A stretch of DNA of 64,000 nt from Vermamoeba vermiformis (lineage: Eukaryota). The stretch spans positions 434,001 to 498,000 of the forward strand of contig JBEWZL010000084.1 of the NCBI GenBank assembly GCA_045837725.1, read 5' to 3'. How positions within the stretch are numbered: position 1 is the stretch's first letter; each line of letters begins with the position of its first letter. Positions 1-12,445 of the stretch are shown in pieces. The notes under the pieces are model-generated. The model was given only the letters and a program-made list of their open reading frames with translations. It was not told the origin of the DNA and made no database searches. The translations under genes were made by a program, and so were the position numbers.

Positions 1-628
1 AAATCTCTCGAAGCCTTCAATCGTTAATCTGTCTTTAATGCTGCTTTGTGTCGCCGATTGTAGCTCTGTTATAAGCGACTCTACCTCTTCAAGCGACAGA
101 TTTTTCTTAAATAAAAAAACGAGTCAGATCTTCAGGTATATTTGAACTCTCAGTTACCTTCTGCCTACGAGCTAAAAAGGTCTTAAATTCCTCGGCGAAC
201 AATGAGTCTTTTGAGGTCTTTCCGTATTTCTCGACGATTGAATTCCAAAGCGGATCTAAATTGGGCGATGTCAAGCGATATTTTTGTTTGAAGCTCGTCC
301 ATTCTTCCAAGCTTAACTTTTTGTTGCTATCAAGATCAACTTCCTATTATTAATGTCAATAACAAGGTCGATTGATCAACTAACATTAAAAAGATTTTCT
401 CAAATTCAATTTAATATTTAATTCATACCTTAATTCGTTTATTGAGTTCGTGCTTTGTTAATTCGATATTAAGGCTCGCTAAGTACTCGGTGATTTGCTG
501 CACTGTAAGCTCGCTGTTTTGATCCATATCAGCTGGCAAATAACTATAGAGCGGTAATTATTAGAAATCGCGTAAATATTGTTATTAGTATACCTGACAA
601 GTGTATTTTTACTCGGAGGTGCCGTCAT
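1..628 (-). CDS. Phosphoinositide phospholipase C, N-terminal EF-hand region (gene runs off the window edge)
   Basis: Spliced exons give EVDLDSNKKLSLEEW (EF-hand), then LFAEEFKTFLARRQK and RLTIEGFERF, resembling the PI-PLC EF-hand region before the X box. The catalytic domain is not in the window and the start at 628 is tentative. Confidence 0.6.
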
Positions 629-840
629 GGTCGCTTGCGTGCTTTTTTAACGGAAAATATCTTGAAATGTCATCGAACCTTTTTGACATTTTAACTTTTG
701 CCTTAATTACTCGTGCGGCTTAATTTTAATACGAAAATAGAAATATATGTACTATAGGTATCGAGGATTAGTAAAATAAGCCCGTTAGATTTGCAAAGGA
801 TAAATTTTTACATAATATGGTACAAATTTAATGTTAAAAG

Positions 841-1556
841 CTAGATCCGATGATTTCTAAACTTATTTACGTCAGAATTAGGGTCACTATTTTGCAGTTC
901 ATAGTATTTCCGTAGCAATTCTTTTTTGGCCTCTCGTTTTCTCTTTCGTTCCTCTTCGGTATCAAAATCGATCACTAAAATAGAGTTATTAGATGTTCTA
1001 ACCGTTATTTACAAGTATAATATTAAAATAAATAAATTATAGATTAAATTTGATCGCTTACAAACTGGCGCGGGCTCTTTTGGACTCCAATGTATCGATT
1101 GATGTGCTTCTAGCGGCATTTTTCTGAATACTTCGTAAGGTACTTGCACACCCGCTATAATATACTATTAGTATCATATTATTGTGGCAATACAGTTGAA
1201 TATTGGTTGTTTAACAGAGGGGCGACCCGAGCAAAATAAACCAAAATTGTTAAATTACCTCGACGCCATTTGTCGTAAAAATTCCTTTCATTATCGTCCT
1301 TTAACGTATCATAAGCCTTTTTTAATTTCAACCACTGCTCTTTTTTCTTCTCATCTCCTGTTCAGTGAAAATAATCTCGTTATCTACACTCCAAAAAATG
1401 TATTAAATTATTCTATTTACCTGGCCATTTATCTGGGTGTAAATCTAAACTTTTCTTGCGATATTCAGCCGTGATCTGCTCTTTTGTTGAATGTTCAGTG
1501 CAGCCTAAAACGCCATAGAAGTCGTCGTGCTCTCCTTGCAATATTTCTCCTATCAT
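841..1556 (-). CDS. DNAJC12: J-domain co-chaperone, DNAJC12-like (4 exons, missed by the ORF track)
   Basis: Spliced: MIGEILQGEHDDFYGVLGCTEHSTKEQITAEYRKKSLDLHPDKWP|GDEKKKEQWLKLKKAYDTLKDDNERNFYDKWRR|..VQVPYEVFRKMPLEAHQSIHW..|..NKFRNHRI*. It has the HPD motif, and the post-J segment and C-terminal KFRNxxI match DNAJC12-type proteins as I recall them. Confidence 0.8.
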
Positions 1557-1673
1557 TTGACTATTTTACTGCAGCTGGTGCTTCAACGAGCGAGATCTGA
1601 AAAAATGGCGGCTTTGGGACGTATTAAACAGCCTTGGGACAAAAAAGAAATTTCCAAAATATCTGTCGTTTAA

Positions 1674-3706
1674 TTAATTATATACAGATGATACAGGCGA
1701 CAAGATATATGATTCTTGCGTCAACAACTGTGGCGAAGACGACCACATATAGCAAACAGCAGACGGTCGAACAGATTTGACTGGAGAACTGTCGTAAATG
1801 CTCGGCTGCTGTGTTAATAGCTCCATATTTTCATCATTGGTATTATACATTGTTGATTTCCGTTGCGTGGCTCCAAACTCTGCCATGACGTCTTCAACCT
1901 CCGGCAGATCCAAAAACGACTTGATCTGTTCAGTGTTCAACTGTGCCTCGGCCGATATATTTACATGTGTTAAGGCCGAACCACTGAGGATAGTGCTATG
2001 TACATGATGTGATAAGTTGTGATCGTTCAAGCTCGCCATCAGATCAGGATCGATCTCCGGATCCTTCGTCTTGTGCAAATGATCGTCGGACATGTCGAAC
2101 AAATCAGGCGATGCCAATAATAGATCAAAATCGTCTTGTGGGGGATTATCGTCTAACGGCGATAAGGAGTCAAACACTTGTTGGCTCGTTGAATCGCGGA
2201 CCTGCGGAATGTCCATCTCGGAAGGCTAAAAACAATTCATTATGAGACATTATTGGAGGTTCAAATAGCCTTATATGGCACGTACCAATGATGCTTCGTT
2301 CTCATCAACGACATAATCGATTCGATCGAGCATCAGCTCGTTGTTCACGGGCACTTCTTTGGCCTCTTTTTCAGGCATCGGAGTGTCGTCCAGGTCTATC
2401 CAAAGTAGACGTTAAATCTCGCTTTAAAATGTGCTAAACAGTGTTACGTACCTAAACAGACTTTGCTGCCGTTGCCGTTAAGCTCTTTGATAACCTCGCT
2501 GAACTTCCGTCGTGGTCCAGGAAAGATTCCGAAGTTTGAAACAACGACAGTCATGCCGTCTTTCTTCATCTCTTCCGCGGGACGAATTTTCTAAGCACGC
2601 GTGATTTAGTCACGGCCAAGCAAAGGATTGCAAATTGAATCTGATTAGCACAACTGTGTCACTTACCTTTGGCCTTCCGCGTTTACGCACGGTGTTTGTG
2701 TCGACAATGTAATTGCTATTTGTGCACACAGCCACGTCCTTTGGCTTGGCGATGTCCTCCTCTACCTTGTGCTTCTTCGTGGCCCTATTCTCTTCACAAT
2801 TCTCAATGTCGCTCGTGCTCCTCTTCCTCGTAACAATGCCCTCTTTCTCATCTTTCATCCACATTGAGCTTCCTTTCAATTTAATCACTTTGTTGCTTGC
2901 AGCCGCGCAGTAAGTATCGTGTTCCTTCACGATGGTGTATTGCTTCTTAAAACTATCTGGAATAACATCGCTGTTCACAGGTTTTAATACAAATTCAAAT
3001 ACTCCTCGTGGCTTCTTTTCTCCTGTAATGTTTTATGAATATTTTGATAATTTGCAAATGATTTGCAGGACGTACTATCCAACCGCACGGCGTTGTGATA
3101 AGACTTGCATTCCATTTCTGCGACAAATTCCACGAAACCAGATTCCTCGGTATTTGTGAATAATAAAAGTTTCTTTCGTTGCTGTTTATGGTCTCGTACA
3201 GCCACATTTATCGCACTCCACCGCATGTCTCCTTCTTGGCCGGATCCAGTAAAGATAAAAGTTCCATCGTCCTTTCAGCATATTTAATTAAAATAATTGT
3301 AAAATATACTCGCCAATATTACCTGCCAGCCATCACAATATAATACAGAGACTTGAGTAGGACGCATGGCCGTAAATAAGAAAACGTAGGGAAATTTTGT
3401 CGGCGTCGAGATACCGCTCATACGTTGCCCTTTATTTTGATATTAATTATAGGCACTGTGATGATAGAATTATTTGCCTTATATAAGCTAAATTTATCTT
3501 AATTCTAAAAATAATATCAGGCGATTTCGTTTATTACCTCCGTATTGATTGTGTATGTCTGACCGCTTGTATTTCTTCGCTGGTTCGAAAGGTAAATTAC
3601 GTTTTGATGCATTAGCGACCTTAGACCGCTTTGGGGAACTCGTGCTCGGTTGTTCTTGCTTGATGTCAACCTGCAGATCCGCTGGAGCACTGGGAGTACC
3701 CTCCAT
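1674..3706 (-). CDS. Multi-exon nuclear protein: SRA-like (ScoMcrA-type) domain, AT-hook and acidic low-complexity tail
   Basis: Exons 3706-3538, 3429-3323, 3271-3076 and 3022-2667 splice in frame to YKRSDIHNQYGGQRMSGISTPTKFPYVFLFT..YCDGWQDDGTFIFTGSGQEGDMRWSAINVAVRDHKQQRKKLLLF..VEFVAEMECKSY..LDREKKPRGVFEFVLKP, then RKRGRPK (AT-hook) and an acidic C-terminal exon. Confidence 0.75.
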
Positions 3707-3955
3707 TCGATATTTCTATTTCAAAAATAGCTACAGTAAGGTAGTGAGCATTTACAGTCGGTGGTAACGCGTGCTGTGTGCGCCAGTGAATTGCACAAAA
3801 AATTCAGGCCAAAAATTTTCGGCCAAACGTTCCGCACAAAAACCAAAGAAAAATTTGACCGTCAAAAATATTCGGGAAGGCCAAAACTTCCTTTTTCAAT
3901 CGTAATCCTCTTCGTTCTTTCTTTCGTCCACGAGTCCTATTAAATAACCATAACT

Positions 3956-4691
3956 ATGTCTACTGCACAAAAAAGCGGTCTTGCCATCGGCCTTAACAAG
4001 GGTTTCCGTATTGTCAAGCGTGCTCCTCCTGCTCGCGCTCGCGATACCCGCAAGGGAGTAAGTTGCTCGATGCAGATTAGATTTGATATTTATTGTAATA
4101 TTCAAATATGCAGCAATTAGTATGATATTCGAAATGATAATTAAATATGTTGATATTGGAGATATTAATTTTTATAATAATTTTATTTTCTGTTGCAATG
4201 AAGCCTGTTGGCCAACAATATTATCATAAGATATTTAGTGCATGTAATAATCGATATTATTATTTAGAAACTCGGTCCCGGTAAGGTGATCGTCAAGGAA
4301 GTCATCAGAGAAGTTACTGGTTATGCTCCTTACGAGAAGAGAATTTTGGAATTGCTCAGAAACGGTCTTGATAAGAAGGCTCTCAGATTGGCTAAGCGAC
4401 GTGTAAGTTATCAATTTGATTAGTAATTATTTTTCTCTCGTGTACATCTGCTCGAGCTGTTGGACTTAGAATGCGAAGAAAACAACGATTTCACGCATAA
4501 AATTAATGATGCAAATATTATACGAGGAAGAAAAATGGATAGATGATATTTATCAACTGTTTTGAACTGTATCTAATCTCATCGTGCATCAGGTTGGTAC
4601 TCACAACCGCGCCAAGAAAAAGAGAGAAGAAATGGCCACTGTTTTGCGTATGGAGAAACAAAGAAAGAAGGCCGCCGAAGAGCACCACTAA
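3956..4691 (+). CDS. RPL36: 60S ribosomal protein L36 (eL36), 3 exons
   Basis: MSTAQKSGLAIGLNKG..|..VIREVTGYAPYEKRILELLRNGLDKKALRLAKRR|VGTHNRAKKKREEM, which are the canonical eL36 motifs. Confidence 0.97.
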
Positions 4692-5039
4692 AGCCCTTCA
4701 GCTCGAATAAAAATTTAAAAAATAAACGCTTGTTTGTGCATATTAATTGCTGCTTGGGCCTACTATAATATTACGTGGCTTGTAATATACGTTAGAAACG
4801 AGAATCTACGCTTAATTAATTCGCTGCTGGTTCTGCGATCGGATCTCAGACTAGCATAAAATTTTGTGGCATCACTTTGCTGACTTAATCTGTACACTAC
4901 CAATACGCCACCAATAGTACTTGCGTTATTTACGAGGTTGAGGTGCATTGTAGATTATCGTGAGTTTGAATTTGAATTGTTATTCTGTTCGAGCCAAAAC
5001 CAAAGACCACAACTCGTTCTTCTTAATAGTAATACAAAT

Positions 5040-6952
5040 ATGGACAAATTGGTTGCAGCTATTCAAGGTCTCTCAACAACTGACGAGAATGATTTGAAGC
5101 AGTTGAAAACTACCTTAGCAAAATCTGAAGACGTCTTATTCAAGAGTTTGCCTAGTTTGGACGAGGCTTTATCAGTTTTGGATCCCAATACTCACACTTT
5201 GGGCTGGCTTTATATTTTGTAAGTTATTAGGGCTTTATTTGAGAATTATTGTCGAATCTTTCAATATTTTTTCTTATAATCCTTTTATGCATTTTATATG
5301 GCCAAAATATTCACAATTAAATTCAATAATGATAAATATTGCTATATTTAATTATTTTGAACGTTTTTTGTGGCTAGATGCATTTTTTTTTGAATTATTG
5401 AAATTTAATCAATTGCTGTTCGTAGGGGCATTAAAGCCGTTTCAAATCCTGAACCTCGCACATTTATTGGTCAGGTTGCTCGTTTTTGCATGAACTGCAA
5501 TGCCAGACAACTCCGTATGGACGTAAAGAAATGTAAGTCTTTATTTTATTAGCAACACCAGATCTCGCTCAATATTTGCATCATAAAAATAATAGCTTAA
5601 TATTCCTACGAGTTATTTGCATATTTAAGTTTATGCTGCTAGCAACAAATTAATTCTCTATTTTTAGTCCGTTTTATTTGCCAGAAGTTCGTTGATCTTT
5701 GCGTTGAACACCGCAGCCCTATCTCCGCCATCAAGCCTCTGCGCTATGCCATCAACAAGATCGCTCCTAGCAGAGTAAGTCCAGCGCTTTAGTTGCGTAT
5801 CTAAGTCAGATCTGACGGTGACGTTTGACAGGAACACATCACGCCTCAACACGCCATGTTGATGATGTGCGCCTTGCTCTCCAAGACCTACAGTGCCGTG
5901 CAATCAGTTGCTGACAGCGAGGTCACTGAGGTAAGTCCCACAACACGCCGGTCACGTGTCTTGAGCTGTCACTGACGTCGCGCACTTCAGGTCGATCCCG
6001 ATCAAACTGGTGTGGACAGCAAGGACGTGCGATTGTACTTCTACTACGCCGGCTCAGTCTACATTGGTCTCAAGAAGTTCACTCGCGCCACTGAGATGTT
6101 GAAGACTGCCATTTCAGTGCCTGCCATCGTGCCCAGCGCCATCATGATCGAAGCCTACAAGAAGTTCGTGTTGGTCTCGCTCATTCTCAGCGGTCAAGTA
6201 CGTCTCAGACTCGTGCACGAGTTCATTCTGCTCGTCCTAATAGCTCCTAACTAACCTCGTTTAGACCGGTCAATTGCCACGCTACACTTCATCGGGCTTG
6301 CAACGTCACTTCCGCCACGCTTGTGCTCCTTACGAAGAGCTCGCCACTTCATTCCAAACTCGCAGCTTGGTCGATGTGAACAAGTGCATTGAACAGAACC
6401 GCGAGGCCTACGTCAAGGACGGCAACTGGGGTCTCGTGAAACAAGCTACCAAGGCCTTGATCCGCAAGAACATTCAACGACTCACTCAGACTTACTTGAC
6501 TTTGTCATTGCAAGACATTGCTGACAACGTCAAGCTGAAGAACAAGGAAGAGGCTGAAAAGATTCTCCTTCGCATGGTAAGTGTGGTCATGTTTAATTTG
6601 GCTTGTGGACTAACACGTCGTGCAGATTGAAAATAAGGAAATTTTTGCTGCTATCAATCAAAAAGACGGCATGGTTATCTTCAAGGACAATACTGAAACT
6701 TACGGCACTAACGAGACATTGAACTATTTGGACAAGAGCATTCACAACGTGATGGACATCACTGGCAAGGTGGAGCGATTGGACGATTTTATTGCCTCGA
6801 GCGCCAAATATTTACAAAAGACCTTGGCCCCTGACCGTTCCGCTGGTGCTGCTGGTGGTCCTGGAGGTCCAGGCAGATTCGGTCCTATGGGCGACGACGA
6901 AGATTTTGATATGATGGTTAGATCTGGCATGATCCCGGGCTTCCGTGGATAA
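5040..6952 (+). CDS. COPS3: COP9 signalosome subunit 3 (PCI domain)
   Basis: LDEALSVLDPNTHTLGWLYIL, YFYYAGSVYIGLKKF, SAIMIEAYKKFVLVSLI, DGNWGLVKQ..NIQRLTQTYLTLSL and AAINQKDGMVIF are CSN3 signatures. Confidence 0.93.
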
Positions 6953-7211
6953 GAATTTTATTATAATCAACAGCTACTGTCATTTGTAGTGTCATGTATA
7001 TCATCTCAAGACACAGATTGTTGTAAACGGTTTAAATACTAATTACTCAAATATAGTCATTTCTTTTGATTCTAACTTGCACAATCAACCTTTGTCAGAT
7101 CCGAGCGTAATCCTTTGGATTCCTTAATCAGACTGATGTGACTATGCTAAGGCACTGCGTAGATAGGATAAGAAAACTTTATTTTTACAAAGCAGAAGGT
7201 GAATCAAGGCT

Positions 7212-7834
7212 TTATCCCTTGCGATCTTTGCCGGCCTTTTGCGCCTTCAATTGTTCTTGCAGCTCGTTGTATTCTTTCATTTCTTTCTTTTCGCGCTCAC
7301 GGTCTTTCTTTGCAAGTTCGGTGTATTTCTGTTTCAAAAATATTAACAAACCGGCCAAAAATTACGAAATAATCGAAATGATGGTAATTTTAATAAGAAA
7401 ATTATTACGATGATAGTTGGGTAATCAAAATCACGAAGGAAAATTGCTTGAATTAAATTGAAAATCTTTTTTTGACAAATAATTACCTGCTTGTCTTCAG
7501 GAGAAATGGCTTTCCAAGCGGCTTGAATTTCTTCTTCATTCTTGCCTTTTTGCTCGTCTTTGAAGAAGTGGAATGGAGCTTTAGCAGGTGCGGGTCTAGA
7601 TTTCTTCACACCTTTCTCTTTAGCAGGAACACTCGGTTTCTTTTCCTTAGTATCTTCTTTGTGTTGTTCTTGCTTTACTTTCTCCTTTTGATTTCGCTTA
7701 GCTGCTTTCTCTTCGATCTTGTATTTCTCAATTTCATCCAGATTCTGCAGCTCTTCTTGGCGTTGTTTTCGCTTAGCTTCCTTAGCTTGCTGCTTTTTAT
7801 CAATAGCGGCTTGTGAGTGCTCGTTATCAGCCAT
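7212..7834 (-). CDS. Small HMG-box protein (Nhp6/HMGB-like) with a charged N-terminus
   Basis: PAPAKAPFHFFKDEQ..EIQAAWKAISPEDKQ|KYTELAKKDREREKKEMKEY, an HMG-box across one intron. Confidence 0.75.
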
Positions 7835-8060
7835 TGTGACGTGGTGCTGTTGTTCGATTTAAACTTTAATGAAAATTTCTCAGCGTCTCTCCAGCTTGTT
7901 TTTTGTGGCACGTGATTTGTCACGTGGTTCGCGCTTGTGGAATTCTTAAACTTCTAACAAAAGCCCCCTTCACAGCACTATGTTTAATAGAAACACGATG
8001 TAATGCTAAACACTACAGATCTTTAATAAATTCGTCAATACATAACCTTCGTTTGCGGAT

Positions 8061-11000
8061 CTACTTCGACGGGCGGAAGAATTCAGTGCCCTATTACTAA
8101 GAGTAAACGACTGCTATACTTCGCCATGAACAAAATGTACCTTGAAGAGTGGCTGCAATGAGTTCTTGAACTGCTCCAAATCAGATCGGATCTCGTCTTT
8201 GAGCGAGTCAATGTCAGTCTCCAACTGACGCGAGGCTAGTAATGGCATCAATTAGTAATACACGGTAAGTAAGAAGTGATCAGACGTACCTCTGTTCTCT
8301 TGATTCTCTATAATCGCGCGCTGCATGTTGCACTCTTTGACGATGTCTTCAGCCGACTGAATGCTCGTGGTCACTTGGCGGTGCAACAATTTCATCTTCT
8401 TGCATTGCTCTGAAGACACACTTTAGCGATCTTTAATAGGACATGTCTATAGTACCTTGCAAGCTGACACTCAACTCAGTGAGCTTTCTCTTCGTTCCGT
8501 GCGCCGAGTCGTTCCTAAATATTAGTCAGGCTCAGAGCATCTCTATTAGTACGAGCACGTACTCCACTTCGCGTTGTTTCTCATTCAAAAATTGATCCAA
8601 CTTGGCGTTAATGCCAGCACTGAAGTCATCGAGAATTGATTGGATGTGCTCTTTGTTGTACTCCGCGAACTTCGATTCGAGCACTCTCAGCTGCTTCAGC
8701 GTCAATTCGATTTCTCTATCGCCCGTAGTTAGTACGTGTGTTAATTGAGCGAGCACAGTGTTACTCACTTGCGCATCTTTTGATTGGTTGACATCTTCTC
8801 CAGCGTTTGAATGCGCTCGAGGATGTTGTGCATCAAATCTTTGGGACTTGGCTCCTTGGGCGATGTGTGAGTGTCGATTGGAATCACATCAACACCGTCC
8901 AATGAGATTTCGTCCGAGATGATTTCGTCAATCTCTTCTTGTCTCGGAGGAGAACTCACGGCAGTTGGCTGAGGCGACTCAAACAGACGACCTGAAATCA
9001 CTTTAGTTCTAGTTGACAGCATATCACAACAAAGGACTTACGTGGCCTCAAGTGCTCTCGGTCCAAATACTCTGGCTTTTCTGGAGAGACCTCTTCAAAG
9101 TCGGAAAGTGATGGAGCTCGCGAGCTTTTGTGGACTGGCATATTTGTTAGTAAACATTCGTCATTAGACCTAACACTGACCATTCCACGAAGGTCCCGAG
9201 GCATCTGATGCGTTGCTGCCCCTTGTTCTGAGCGACTTCGACATTGGTGATAAAGGTGAGGGCACTGGCGAGAACACTCTGCCAGGGCGAGGTTGCGCTC
9301 CACGGGCAACTTCAATAGGCGAAGGCGGTCTGCTTGTTCGGATTGCGATGGGAGAGGCCGGTCTGCTGTCGCGAGCAGACTCCTTGAATAGAGATTGATT
9401 CAAGACATTGTTCTGGGTCTCCGCTGGTCTGTTCTGTATGGCAAAAGTCATGTTGCCAATCTGAGTCGTTTGAGCGGCGTGCTCGGGCTCTGCCTCCTGT
9501 GGTTGAGTACTGCGCTGGTCCTCTTCCACGTCGTCCTCTATTGCGCGCTCGGGAGCTTTCTTCGACTCGATGATAACTTGCGCAGTGCTCTTGCTGGCGT
9601 CTCTAGGCCCAACGGTTGATACTTGAAGCCGTGGTATCTTCAGCACCTTCTTCGGTTGAGCTTCTGTAGGCTTCTGAATGAGAACAGCCTTCGAGACCTT
9701 TTGTTTTTCAGGCGACTTGCTTTCGGCCTTGGGCTTCTTGTACTTGAGTTGTTGTGCAAGAGGCTCGATGGCACGCTTGATGGCGTCGATATCTGAAGCG
9801 TATTAGCACGACTCTGAAACGAAGTGCGTGCATACCTTTGTCATCAAAGAGCATCGACACGAGCTGAGGCCTTTTCTTGTTCGGATCAACTATTCCTTCG
9901 GGCAAATCAGCGGAGTCCGAGACTTCAAACACAAGGTACGATCCGGAGACTACAAAGATTAGTAAGATAACGGTGCAGTATCGCACTAACATACATTCAG
10001 TCTTCACCAAGGTATCAAAGTGAATGTAGCACTGAACGCTGTCCTGTTCGTGGGTGATCCAGAAACAGATGTTTGTTGGACCGAAGTCAAGCCATTCGTC
10101 TTCGCTCCCGACTGACTCTACCTCATTCAAGAAAAGCTTGCGAAATTTGAACGAGAAGATCCTAGAGACAGTTAATCGCGGGCATAACGCGTACGAGCGC
10201 CACTTACTGCCTTGCAGGACCAAGTTTGTCGTTAAACATGTTTAGAAACCTGCGCACATCCTGGGTCTCGTCAGTACATGGCAGCCTCAAATGCATAACC
10301 GCTTACATCTCTGAACTTTCGGCCAGCAATCCCCCAGAATGCCTCGTCAACTTGACCATCCTCGAACAACGGAGACCACTTGACTTTATCGCGACGAGTG
10401 ATACTAATTACGTCAGTATTAACTTTCATACTTAGCAATTGTGCGAACGTACCGGTAGAGCACTTCGATCAATACACCTTGCATGTGATAGTCCGGTGAG
10501 GATACGATCAGCGATACGATGGCCTTCCTAGGAGATAAATTGCTATAGATTGTAGAGTGCATTGAATAACTTACAAATCCCTGTTTGGAGCGCGCTTTCT
10601 GACGAATAGTTGAACGTTATCTGGCGCGCCTTGAAGCAGGCAATTGACGCACTCGGCTATTAAAGTCTTGACTGCTGGTGATCTGTCCTCTTGTAGTTCT
10701 TTAATCAGTGGGAGTAAGAAGACCTTTCCCGCCTCTTCTTTTCCTAAGACAACGGAAAAGTTAGGCTCAGATCGGAGTCGTAGTACGCACCTCGCTGGGT
10801 CCCACAGATATCCTCTACTATCGTCAGCGTATCCTTCATTAATGCGAATGCTCCATTGCTCTTAGAGTTCGCGAGTAGCTGGAACGCTGCAAGAACGTAC
10901 TGAAGAGTAAAATTAGTTTTTGGATCCGGTCGTTACACGAGGTTAGCTTATCTGTTTTAATAGGCTTGACTCGAACACATTACTCCCAGGGGACCTATAA

Positions 11001-11428
11001 ATAGTTATAGAGATAGATCTTTGAAGTGTACGCACTTGTTCAAGAACACTGCTTGGACCATATCCAAGATCTCTTTAACATTGTTCATATCGCCTTCTTT
11101 TGCCTCCTATAAGCTAAAATTAGTTACACTTATCAACGTACAGTGCTCTTACTTTTATTAGAGCGCCTCCTAACTTCGCTAAGCGGTGCTTTGATAAGTC
11201 GACGTTGGCGATCTCGCTCTTTAACGCATCGTCAGCTACTGCTTGCTCTTTAAATCGCTTGATTAGCGATCCTATCTTTCCTTCAGGGGAATCGAAAATG
11301 AGCCCCAACTAACGAAGCGCTGTTAGTCCGTCCACTGTGTACTGGCAGGTTGAACTTACACTGACAGTGAGCTTGCTTTGTTTCGCGCTCGTTTGAGAGC
11401 TCGTCTCATCCTTGGACGATTTCTTCAT
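8061..11428 (-). CDS. SYCP2: SYCP2/Red1/Rec10-like meiotic chromosome axis protein (many exons)
   Basis: Spliced mid exons: SSPDYHMQGVLIEVLYR|ITRRDKVKWSPLFEDGQVDEAFWGIAGRKFRD|DVRRFLNMFNDKLGPARQ|IFSFKFRKLFLNEVESVGSEDEWLDFGPTNICFWI. This resembles the SYCP2 ARM-to-PH(SLD) junction and is followed by an S/P-rich disordered region and a C-terminal coiled coil. The 3' end is approximate. Confidence 0.75.
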
Positions 11429-11569
11429 CGTTGTGTGGTTTACGAAAGGCAATAATAAGAAAACAGGGAGTTTTGTTTGTCGCGAATTTGACCACCAAAT
11501 TTTTTGTCGCGTACTGGCAAGGAATTTGACCGTCAAATTTAGCTCCGATTTAAATTGAAACTCGAATTT

Positions 11570-12125
11570 ATATAACAGCTTTCCGCCACTTTGTTGTTTT
11601 GGTTCAGGTTGTTTGGGAAGCTTGCCTTTCATCCAATCGCCGAATTCTCTTAACTGCGTGTATTATTTGTACTAAATAACACGATAGCGATCCTTACATT
11701 CTTGACGCCAAGAGATTTCGAAGTTCCATAAGCAGTTGCACTCGTGCATAATACACTGTCGTAGAACAATACTTTGATTGCGTATTTAGCGGCGCTGCCA
11801 GGGATCGACGTTCGTTTTTCCGGATCTGGAGGCATGTCCTTGGTATCATACCAAAAGCTACGCCAATTGTAAATGACACCCCCACGCCCCCTGCAAACCA
11901 CCATCCAAATTCTATGTAACAGATGTTCAGAATGCTTCTACCAAATTTTGTTGTTTAGTCGCTAAAATTATATAATAATCTGCAAAATACACCAAAATAT
12001 GTTTTGATCGCCTCGCTCAGTTGTAATTAATTTTAAAAATTATTCGGAGGAAGATCTTGTCAAAAACAAGCAATGAACTTACTGTCGGTTACGATATTAG
12101 CAATATCATCGCTCATTTTTGCCAT
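11570..12125 (-). pseudogene. TMEM242/Aim11-like small membrane protein, frameshifted
   Basis: MAKMSDDIANIVTD|KFGWWFAGGVGVSFTIGVAFG, then a 1-nt frameshift near 11850, then YDTKDMPPDPEK..GSAAKYAIKVLFYDSVLC..YGTSKSLGVKN|LREFGDWMKGKLPK. Two canonical introns. There is no stop at the expected position, so the 3' coordinate is nominal. Confidence 0.45.
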
Positions 12126-12445
12126 AAATCACGATACCATGTAAGTCATCTCTGTCCAGATGCTTTTGTTAGAGTAATGATTTGAAGTCGTCCGGATCCG
12201 ATTCCGTTTTGGCTTATTTGCTTGTGTTCAGTGATGGTGCACGTTAGGTACGTATTTAAATATTAATCATATTTGTTACATCTATTTACAATTAAATTAA
12301 ATGACAAGAACACGCAACAACTTTACAAGGACCTGGTGTTCCTGAACAAACCTTGCCGAATGCGAGCCTTACCGAGCCAAATTTCTTTCAAAATTATCTC
12401 AATTAAAATTGTATTAATAGCTAAACCTTATTCGTTTAGTTTATT

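Noticed and set aside
1184-1474. 96-aa + strand ORF
   Set aside because: It is antisense to the spliced DNAJC12-like gene.
4058-4592. snoRNAs in the long RPL36 introns
   Set aside because: No convincing paired C/D boxes or H/ACA hairpins, and the introns are simply AT-rich.
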